A DNA stretch of 63,414 bases, the filler included, from Octopus bimaculoides (Eukaryota): assembly GCF_001194135.2 (NCBI RefSeq). It is 5 parts of 5 records of this genome, joined end to end, with 100 filler letters (N's around TTAATTAATTAA, not from the genome) between each part and the next. Parts side by side here need not be neighbours in the genome. Positions count along the whole stretch, not along the records: positions 1 to 28,731 come from NC_068982.1; 4 more parts are not named here. The stretch is one strand, 5' to 3'. Positions 1 to 9,664 of this stretch are shown here, piece by piece; positions within the stretch are counted from its first letter, which is position 1, and each line of letters opens with the position of its first letter. The translations under genes were made by a program, and so were the position numbers. The notes below the pieces were generated by a model, which had not been told where the DNA came from, did not search any database, and saw nothing but the letters and a program-made list of their open reading frames with translations.

Positions 1-94
1 ATATATATATATATATATATATATATATACTAAAGTTTCTCTGTTTATTGTATAGGCATTAGTTAGAAGTACTCAGATTAAGGACCCAATGCTG

Positions 95-1091
95 GTAGAC
101 CTCCACAATAGCAATTAACTAGGACTGGATGCTGCGGCTTAAGTGTAAACACGAAAGCAGCACAAAATCCCATTCTATTGTCAAGGAAGCTTGCAAATTC
201 GCAAGGGAACTTGGCATAACTAGGAATTAGATGCAAGACCTGAAACCAGTGCAACCAAACAAGCAAAATGGAAGAATCAGACTGCAAAAGAGAACGGGAA
301 GAAAAGAATTGAAGAGCGGTAGACAGTATACATTTCTAAGCCGAAATACTGATGTAGACCAAGCAACCGTCAGTGGCTGTGAAGTACAAGACTGAAAGCC
401 TATACTGAAGATTTCATATTGGCAGTACAAAATCAAAGCTTATTTATCAAATTCCTCCAGGCTATCTTTCTTCAAAACGATTTTAAATGCAGATTCTGTG
501 ATGCATTTGACGAAACAATACACAATCTTGTCTCATGATGTACTGTACTGATATCAAACGAATGCAAAAATCACCACGATAAGGTAGGACAATATTTACC
601 CTGGAAAATATGTAAACACTACAAAATCAGACTGACAAGATGTTAGAGTACGGAAAGTCAGATATAGTAACCTTTAGGTGGGACAAGCAAGGGTGCCTAA
701 TAATCGATGTCAAAGTTCCTGGAGAGCAACATATTACCATGAACGAAAGAGAAAAGTTTGAAAAATATGGAGACCTGAGAATTGAAATCACTAAGACATG
801 GCATCTACGAGAGTCAAGCATAAAGTTTGTCCCTATTGTCATCGGAACATTGGATTCAGTACTACTCAAACAGAAAAACATATGGAAACTTTAGAAATAC
901 CCTACAATGTAGGTCTGTTGGAAAACATTGGCATTACTTGTAACTGCACGAATATTGCGTAAAGTACTGTCTGAGGTCCTTGTTGTGACTTGACAGACAG
1001 TACAAACTCGCGAGGCACACAATATCTTCTATGAACAACATCACGATATAGGATACTGTGTGACGTCTTAAATAACAACAACAACAACAAC
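95..1091 (+). mobile_element. 3' fragment of an R4/Dong-clade (restriction-like endonuclease) non-LTR retrotransposon, decayed
   Basis: Hand translation gives WMLRLKCKHESSTKSHSIVKEACKFARELG (~125-230), QWL*STRLKAYTEDFILAVQNQSL (~380-450), HHDKVGQYLPWKICKHY (~573-620) and ORF 640-894 DIVTF..DKQGCLIIDVKVPGEQHI...EKFEKYGDLRIEITKTW...FVPIVIGTLDS. This is the zinc-knuckle plus PD-(D/E)xK RLE C-terminus. It is followed by a short 3' UTR and an (AAC)n tail at ~1070-1091. Confidence 0.85.
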
Positions 1092-1256
1092 ATATTCAAA
1101 CCTTTAAAGGAAGGCCTCTTGCTCGGCAATCGTTCAGTAAAGATACAGACAAATCACAGCTGTTATCCTAAAACAGCACCCGCAGAAAAGAAAGGAAGGA
1201 GAAGGAAGTGGAACAGAGAAAAAAAAAACAGGATAGAGATGCAGAGCTACACTTTC

Positions 1257-2492
1257 TTCACTACTTTTGAAGATTACTTGTTGGCATCGTAAAATTCTGC
1301 AGCCGAAATCACACATTCACAAAGCAATTCAAGCGGTAAGTTAGCTTTTGGTTAGATTCAGATTAACTTAAAACGCTTCTCCTTTCTTGCTAAAAGCTTA
1401 AATTCCTAAAACTTACACATCCATCCGTTCACTGACCCTCTGTCTTTTTTCCACCCACCCCCTCTATGTCTTTCTGTTTCTCCCTCTCCCTCTATCACTT
1501 TCTTCAATACTTTTGAAGATTACTTGTTAAAATCGTAAAAGTCTTTCAGCCGAAATCACACTTTCACAGACCATTAAAACGCTTCTACTTCTTTGCTTAA
1601 AACTTAAATTCTTAAAACTTACACTTTTATTCATTCATAGTCATATGACAGTTATCTATTTGAAACATACTGACTACTACAATGTTGAACCTAATGTTGA
1701 AAGCACATGTATTTCCTCTGTCTTCGTTTCTGTTTGTTTGTCTCTCTCTCGGTCTCTCTCTCTCTCTGTCTCTCTCTCTCTCTCTCTTTCTCTGTCTCTC
1801 TGTCTCTCTGTATCTCACTCTCTCACTCTCTCTCTCTCTGTCCCCCTGTCATTTTACCACTACTCTCTCTATTCTCTCTCCCAACTTCTCTCTCATCCCC
1901 CCTCTTTACCACCTACCCTCTCTATCAGTTTATTCACTACTTTTGAAGATTACTTGACAACGTAACATTTTGCAGCCGAAATCATACCTTCACAGAAGAA
2001 TTCAAAGAATAAAATAGTATTTTGGTTAGATTTAGATTAGCTTAAAATGCTTCTCCTTCCTTGCAAAAAGTTTAAATTCCTATAAATTGCACTTTTGTTA
2101 ATTTATAGTCATATGAAAGTTAACTATCTAAACACTCTGACTGCTGCGATGCTAAACTTCTTGTTGAAAGCACATGGACCTACACACTCTCACACCCCCC
2201 GCCCCTCTCTCTCTCTATCTCTCTATCTCTCTCTCTCTCTCTGACCCTCTGTCTTTTTTCCACCACCCCTCTATGTCTTCCTGTTTCTCACTCTTCCTCT
2301 ATCACTTTATACAATATTTTTGAAGATTACTTATTAAAATCGTAAAATTCTTTCAGCCGAAATCACATTTTCACAGACCAATTCAAACAGTAAGCTAGTT
2401 TTTCGTTAGATTCAGATTAATTTAAAACACTTTTCTTTCCTTGCATAATGCTTAAATTCCTAAAATTTACACTTTTATTCATTCATATTCAT
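1257..2492. repeat. Four degenerate tandem copies of a ~250-430 bp unit (core TACTTTTGAAGATTACTT...CAGCCGAAATCA...TTAAATTC) separated by (CT)n tracts
   Basis: The core recurs at ~1261, ~1508, ~1937 and ~2316. Copies 2 and 4 share an upstream CTGACCCTCTGTCTTTTTTCCACC block (~1432, ~2241). Confidence 0.85.
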
Positions 2493-2851
2493 AGACGAAG
2501 AGCGCGATTCGATTGAAAGATATTTTTTAGTTGAACGATATTTCAACAGTACACCTGTCTTTGTCAAGTTCAAAATAAGAAGTGATAAAAATTCAAAATT
2601 AGAGAAATTTAAACGTAAAGTATGAACGAGAGCAACCAGCGTCCACACGTTGATGGAATGACATTATCAGTTTTTCAGTTACGATTTTATAACATGCGAA
2701 AAGAAAAAGACAGAAAAAAAAAACAGAAAAAAGAATATTTAATCAAACAGTTTTGTATAGATTTGATGATCTTCTCCTGTCATCTTATTCATTCCTCCAG
2801 AGCGTGATGTTAATATCCCGCAAAGATATTTCTCCTTATAAATTCTGAGAA
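2493..2851 (-). repeat. Left arm of inverted repeat (PLE 3' end/pLTR)
   Basis: The reverse complement aligns with 4815-5122: ...GAGAAATAT.TTTGCGGG.TATTAACATCACGC...CAAAACTGTTTGATTAAATATTCTT...GTCATTCCATCAAC...AATCGCGCTCTTCGTCT. This arm has an extra ~80 bp near 2535-2615. Confidence 0.9.
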
Positions 2852-4215
2852 GTGAAAGTGAAGCAAGTTCAGATATTTTCTCAGAATATGCACTTTCAAG
2901 TCTTCTTCAAAATTGCAGCCGCTTGAAACGAAATGTTCAGTAAGTTCTGTCGAACTACTGTTATTTTGCCTGACGTTGAATCTGTGCCCATTAAACCTTT
3001 TGTTTAATTGTTCTGCTGTACAACCAGCTTAAATTAAGTTGTTTCGTGCATTCTGTAGCGTACACCAAAGGGGAATCTTTACATGTTCTACCTTCTGTAA
3101 AACATTTCTGTTATGATTTCTGATGGAATTCACTTCACACATGTTGTTGCACATTGAACAGGGCTTACATCTCTTGCGGCTGTTCTTTAAGGTACAGCGT
3201 GCAGATACACCAATGTTCGTTTTCTTAGAGTCAGTTATTGAGGTCAATAATTCTCTTATTTTCTTATTCCGTCTAGGCGGCTGAGGAAATATCTGATTGA
3301 AACGAGGATATTTTTTCTCCACATGCTGGTAACTTTCATGCAACACTTTTGAAATCCCAGCGAAATGTCGGTGTCAGCTAATCGCTAAAGGAATTCTGTC
3401 ATCTATTGTATTGTGTTTGCTAAAATTATGCGTGGAGGTTTGACTATATTTGCTAATCTTAGCATTTCATTTGCTATTTCCTTTAATCGTGATTCACTGT
3501 AACCGTGTTTGACATAATGACATACAAATGCATTTGCATGTTTCTAGTAATCCCTTATGTCAGTACAAATCCGTTTTATTCTCAAAAATTGGGATGTTGG
3601 TGGAAATAAATGTGGGATGACGTGGGCTTGCAAAATAACTCTATCATTATTCTGCCTCCAGAAAAACTTGACTTTTGTATCCAAAAATTCAACGCTAGTT
3701 TTTGAAAAACTAGACATAAATTTTAGGTTGAACTTAAAGCCATAATTCCTAGCATAACAGTCACAGAAATGCAAGAAGTCCATTAAACTATCCTGTGATC
3801 CTTCCCCAAAAAAATACGTCGTCAATGAACCGTAACCAGAGTATTGGTTTATGACCATGTAGAGATTTGAATGTCTTCAGTAACTGTGTCTCGAATTTCA
3901 TCATGAAGATTTTAGCGAAATTAACTGCCATGGCGGGTACTCATAGCGCAACCCTTCGTCTGGTGGTAAAATCCTTGTCTAAACTTCATTGTGTTACTTT
4001 ATAACACAAACCTCAGTAATCTACAGAGAAAATTTGATGGAATACTTTTGTTCGCCCGCTTTTCGAAGGTTTCCATGCAATATTCTTTCAGATTGTGACG
4101 GCGGACAAACTGAAATAGCCCTTGAGCTAGTTTATTCTTGTCGAAATTCTTAGTCCAAGCTCTAAGACTGAGACATCGTCGGGCGAAAGTTTTAGTTTAG
4201 ATAAATTTATGACTG
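2739..4215 (-). pseudogene. PLE reverse transcriptase + GIY-YIG endonuclease ORF, with stops and frameshifts
   Basis: Motifs in order on the minus strand: VINLSKLKLSPDDVSVLELGL (~4210-4150), FVRRHNLKEY, FYHQTKGCAMST..MAVNFAKIFMMKFE (~3970-3890), RFIDDVFF (~3830-3805), FKFNLKF..SKTSVEFLDTKV, IP..SQFLRIKRICTD, QPPRRNKKIRELL, RC...KRCKPCSMC linker, NLI*AGCTAEQLNKRFNGHR, ELTEHF, and YKEKYLCGILTSRSGGMN...KLFD* (stop 2739-2741). Confidence 0.9.
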
Positions 4216-4439
4216 GCTTATTCTCTAGTGTGATGATTTTTCTCGGGCAAGTGGTTTTCAGAGTCTTAGATTCCTGACTACTTTTGAGGCTTTGCTCGAA
4301 ATCTTCACTTAAAACACGGAACCTATTGGGTCATAAAATTTGTTCTGAATGTTCATGTGAGAAGTTATAATTTTTAGTCGACTTTCAAGGGGTAATCCAT
4401 TTCTGGGTGGGTTATAGAAAGTGAGTGATATCTGTGGTT

Positions 4440-4810
4440 TTTGTAGATATTTGAAAAACCTTTACGTTCGGGTAAGGAATAAATATATTGTTTTCGAGGC
4501 AAAATCTTAAATTTGCTCACATTTTTGACTGATCAAATAGAAACTTCTCTCGAGCGTTTCCAATGACATATTCAAATGCATACGCTAGAGCAAAAAGGCC
4601 ACAATCATATGCGCCAACTTGGGGATTAATAATATGGACTTGTTGAATTGTAGGGATAATATTTGTTCGTGGAGAATACAACGTTGTTATTTGTGCCATT
4701 AGTTCCTGCGAGATTGGTAACTTCAAACTGTCATAAATATAAACATCTCCGAAAAAAATTGGTTAACAAAACAAAATGATTGTTCCTGGTTTGAGGAAGG
4801 AAAAATGGTT
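4440..4810 (-). pseudogene. Ulp1/SENP-like (C48-type) cysteine protease domain, decayed
   Basis: RNNHFVLLTN (His codon 4776-4778), one frameshift in a T7 run, then GDVYIYDSLK (Asp 4730-4732), PQVGAYDCGLFALAYAF (Cys 4601-4603) and FDQSKM*ANLRFCLENNIFIPYP. The H-D-(Q)-C order and QxxxxDCG motif match Ulp1-family proteases. Confidence 0.75.
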
Positions 4811-4814
4811 GGTT

Positions 4815-5122
4815 TTCTCAGAATGTATGAGGAGAAATATGTTTGCGGGTTATTAACATCACGCCGTGGAGGACTGAAACAGATGACAGGAGAATGTCAT
4901 CAAATTTATACAAAACTGTTTGATTAAATATTCTTCTTTCTCTCTTTTTCTTTCCTTTTTCTTCTGTCGTCTTCTTTTTCTGGGTTTTTTTCCGTCTTTT
5001 TCTTTTCGCCTCATATAAAATTGTAACTTAAAAACTTATGATGTCATTCCATCAACTTGTAGACGCTGGCTGCTCTTGTGCAACTAATAAAATATCTGAC
5101 AATCTAATCGCGCTCTTCGTCT
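4815..5122 (+). repeat. Right arm of inverted repeat (second copy of PLE 3' end)
   Basis: Translates LRMYEEKYVCGLLTSRRGGLKQMTGECHQIYTKLFD*, the same peptide as the GIY-YIG C-terminus on the minus strand at 2739-2851. Confidence 0.9.
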
Positions 5123-5175
5123 TGGCTGTTTAACTTTAAGAAGAGTTACGTCAATCCTTTTTAAAATATAGTAAT

Positions 5176-5220
5176 AATGATAATATTATTATTATTCATA
5201 ATAATAATAATAATAATAAC

Positions 5221-5262
<42 letters not shown>

Positions 5263-5286
5263 TATAATTATAATTATAACAACAAC
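5176..5286. repeat. (AAT)n microsatellite
   Basis: Directly visible; gives the poly-Ile ORF 5177-5383. Confidence 0.95.
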
Positions 5287-5619
5287 ATCAAAAAATAGCT
5301 TAGGAATGAGAACTCAGGTTCGAAATTTCCTCAAGACACCTGATGAAGGCTGGAGCTCCAACAAACCTGTGATAAAGAAATGATATAAATGAAATCAATA
5401 ATAATAATAATAATAATAATGATAATAATATGTCCTCGGGTGAGAGGAAATACTAACAATGAAGAATAGTAAGAAAATGAAAATAATAATGTCAGAGATG
5501 ATAATAATAATGATGAAAGGAGGCGGTTGGAATCTCCCTATGCTCTGACTGACGATACATCTAGTGATGGTGCCACAATAAAAACACTGGTAATTGTGCA
5601 ACCTGATAATCGCTACCTC

Positions 5620-7365
5620 ATATGAGTGACAATGAAAAACAAAATATTGTGAATAACGGTGGTAATGAAACTGAAGCCATTGATGGTGATAGTGTTGCAC
5701 CCGGCAGGCTCAAAGATTCTGGTCCCTCTCCAGCCCTCTTGTTATCCAGCAAGGGAGCAGCACACACGGCGTATATGGAACAAAGAAGTCAATGCTGTAG
5801 CCATGGAGTGTTACTACCTGAGCAACCCCGTAGACGAAAATAGTGTTCATCTTAGGTGATACCGACGACGTATGTATGATCAATGAAGAGAAAGACGATT
5901 GTTTCAACTCATGGAACAGAGATTATAACATGAAGCTAGAGCAATAAGAAAATACTTTGATTCACAGAAGTAGAGCTCCAAGCTATCAAAAGACGGGTAT
6001 TCGAAAACCACAGCAGAGCAAACTATGAAAATACAATCCCTACTGGTAAAAGTAATCTCATAGCAGAAACAGTGGTGAAATCTCTAATAAACCACAGTAA
6101 AGGAACAGTGATATCTTGCTCGATGAGAGACATATAGATTGTCTGAAAGAAGACAATAAATCTAATGGTGACATGACAGATGGGCAAAAGGTAATCTACG
6201 ACAGAATAAATTTAAGGCTACAGGAGAACCATAGTGCCATTATTAGTAACCTTAAAAAAGTTGATCGATGGAAATCGAACCGTGTTACGAAAAATGTGAA
6301 TGAAGTTCTGAAATACATCAGAACAAAAACCATCACAGAAACAAACAATTTGATCAAGGCAGCAAGTATTGTTGTGGGAGAAAATCTGGGTGTTGATGTC
6401 AAGAAACAAATATATAATGGGGGTTACAAAATAAAAGATCAATGGTGGAAAAGAAGAATACAGGGGTCTAGATGTGCTCTCAAAAGGTATTTCTGCGTTA
6501 GACCGAGAAGTGAAGGAGGGGGCTTAAAAGCGAACAAAAATACAAGGTACTAAACACGAAGAAGGATATTGAAAGAAGGGCATGAATGTGATAATAGAGG
6601 AACTGAAACAGCACCTCGACTCAATGAGAGCAAAGTTGGTAAGATACGACCAAAGAATGAAGGGATACTAGCAGAATAGGTTATTCAGAATAGATCAGAA
6701 GAGATTCTACAAAGAAATAAACGGAGAGTGTATAGATGAAACGTTGATACCAGATAACATTGAAAGTCAAAGCTCTTAGAGTGACATCTGGAACAAAGAC
6801 AAGGAGCACAAGAAGGATGCTGAATGGATGCAAGAACTGAAACAAGCAGAACTAGTAATTTCAGTTAGGGAAGTGAAGGAAATCAGCAAAAACAATGGGC
6901 AACTGGAAGGCTCTGGGACCATATGGAGTTCATGGCTACTGAATCACAAGATTTGGTGAATGCCATGCACGAATAGCTGCACAACTCAACACCTTGATAA
7001 ATGCCGACTGGAATAATTGCAAAGTCAATGTACGGTCATCTGGAAAATACGGAGTCTTGCCACATGAGCAGAAGTGCTGCTAGCGTAAAAAGAGGTACCG
7101 AGGATCAACTCCTGGTAGAAAAAAAACTGTACGTAGAGACTTCAAGAAAAGGAAAACTAACTTAGACATGTCGTGGATTAATTATGTAAGCCGCACGATA
7201 TGATCCCACATTCTTGGATTATGGAATGTATGAACCTATTTGGTATTGCATCGAATGTTGAGCGATTGCTTGGAAAAAGTATGGCGAAGTGGAGGACAGA
7301 ACTTACAGCATATGAAAGAAGTTTAGAGACAATAGAAGTCAGGAGAGGCATTTTCAAAGGGCAAG
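5620..7365 (+). mobile_element. R4/Dong-clade non-LTR retrotransposon, N-terminal half to mid-RT, decayed
   Basis: WNKEVNAVAMECYYLSNP (ORF 5659), LKKVDR...NEVLKYIRTKTITETNNLIKAASIVVGENLG...WWKRRIQ (ORF 6116), EELKQ...KLVRYDQR..QNRLFRIDQKRFYKEING (~6600-6725), degenerate NWKA.GP.GVHGY (~6900-6940), RGTEDQLLV (~7095), and MIPHSWIMECM..FGI..NVERLLGKSMAKWRTEL...RRGIF (ORF 7200). Confidence 0.88.
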
Positions 7366-8016
7366 ATCTCCTAATGTTCGCTAAAGGTCGTACCGCTACC
7401 TGTAAAATGCAAAGCCCATTATCAAATAGAAACGGAAGTGATTATTAGGCAAAGTATATCGAAGAAACAACGTGTAACTAAGATTTTGGATACTGAAACA
7501 TATTTTTCATGAGTTCGTATAATTCAACCATTCACTCAAAGAATGAAGTACTAATTATTTAATATTTAATGTTGTAATTTAATCGATACACACATTTCGT
7601 TACAAATGTGAATGTGATGAAATAGTTATCAGTAAAGTCAGTAAGCTTCTTTCCGTCGTAAAATATTATATATTTATATATTTTTCTCCCCACCCCATAA
7701 AACATTTATACGCTTATCACAATTATGTAAACAAATATTTTTTTTTTCTCCGAGCTGCTAAAATTTGGAGCTGTAAATTTACATTATCCCCCGATTCGTT
7801 CTAACTACATTCTAGAATGTCAATAAGTTAACTGCGTATATATTTCACAATTACTCAACACTTGCCAACTACTTGAGAAATGAAATAAATGAATTGTTTC
7901 AATAATATAATTATACATATCTATGTATATATATATATATNNNNNNNNNNNNNNNNNNNNNNNNNNNNNNNNNNNNNNNNNNNNNNNNNNNNNNNNNNNN
8001 NNNNNNNNNNNNNNNN

Positions 8017-8054
<38 letters not shown>

Positions 8055-9610
8055 GGAGACAGAGAGAAATGTTCATTATCTTGATATATGGAATAGAAAA
8101 TTATAAAATATTTGGTGTAGAATTTTTTTTATCTAAGTTTATTTATCTATACATAGATAATGTAAAAATGAATATGTTTTGCAAACGACAACCAATGAAG
8201 CCAACATAAAGAACATCAAATAAAGCCGAAGAGATAAAAGAAACATGTATTAATGATGTAAATTTTAATGTTATTAATATATAGTGATATATTGAAGCAA
8301 ATCTATGCGAAATATCTTTCGTTATACAGTTCCATGTACACAACAAATGCAACGCTCGATATCACAAATTATATCCTTTTACACATATATACGTAAAATG
8401 TATATATTAATGCTTATATTCAGGTGTAAAACTAAACTGAAACATGTATAAACATTTAATTGCAATATAACGTCATCTCATTTATCGTTTCTGGAAAATT
8501 TAATTAAGTTTAACTGTCAGATGCCAACTCTAATTGAACAAATGTATATTGCACAAGGAAAAAATAATCAGCATGCTTGTATTATTTCTTATGAAGTTAA
8601 CGTCTGAATGACTGGTTTCAAATCAATAAAATGTGTAGCATAGATCGACTTCTGTGAATGATTGCAATGGCATTTGATCTTTAACCAGGATATTGGTAGC
8701 AACTATTGGCCTGCAAATAATTGTTCAATAAATGGAAGATGAAAAACACATTTCCTGATAAAAATATTTCGTTGCTATTAAAAAAAATATAAAACTTGAA
8801 ATACTGCAGTAGTGGATAAATATCAATATCCGAGTAGTAGGTTTTAAATATCACTTCAGAAGAAATATTTTTCTTCTTTATAAAAGATGTGTGTTCATTT
8901 AAATGAATTATACTCTATATTAATATGGCCTATGATATAAACAGTAATTATTTATAAAAAGCGAACTAGAAACATAGCGCACTAATGTTACTGTATTCTC
9001 GCTAACCAAATTAATGAAGCATTTCCACAATTAAATGTTAAACAATATTATGTATCGCTGAGACTGATCAGCTTACAATCTTTAGTTGTAGAAGAAATAA
9101 ACATTTCATTATTCAATTTCCTTGTTTTCTAAAATCACACTTTTATATTTCATTTATCATTAATGACTAAACGCACGCAATCTTCTTTTAATTTGTGTTC
9201 TGATTTTATTTCATTAAATTAATGAAATTTTGATAAACATAATTAATAACTTAAAAGTAAATATTTCAATATATCTTACAATTTTTTAATCGTATACAGA
9301 TCGTTCTTATTTATGATGCAGTTATTGCTTGTTCCAGAGTAAAATACATAGCACCATGTCTTTAAATCTAAATTTATGTGCGAATTATAATAGGATAACA
9401 TAACACATCAGTATACAGAGACTAAAGTAAACATTATTTAGTAACTGATAAGCAAAGAAATACGTTTTATATATATTACGCATATCTGAAATGAAAACGT
9501 TTATAACAGATATTGCAAGCTAAAGCTTGGGAGAGGGCGCATCACCACGTATTTCCTTCTATAGAGGGACGTACATTATGGAGAATGCTGATAATCATAT
9601 CAGATCATAC

Positions 9611-9664
9611 CAACAGTTATAGTAGGGTCCATTGTATGGCATGAAGCGTTTGCATCTAGTGTAC
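9611..9664 (-). other. Candidate 54-nt internal exon of an unidentified gene
   Basis: On the minus strand the acceptor reads atttcgctttcAG and the donor TG|GTATGA. It is open in two phases: YTRCKRFMPYNGPYYNCW or GTLDANASCHTMDPTITV. No homology recognised. Confidence 0.2.

Larger units (their letters stand above)
2493..5122 (-). mobile_element. Penelope-like element (Neptune-like Cys linker) with inverted pseudo-LTR, 5'-truncated, internally deleted, carrying a Ulp1-like protease domain
   Basis: The minus strand carries PLE RT, thumb and GIY-YIG motifs. Its 3' end (2493-2851) is repeated in opposite orientation at 4815-5122. Confidence 0.88.
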
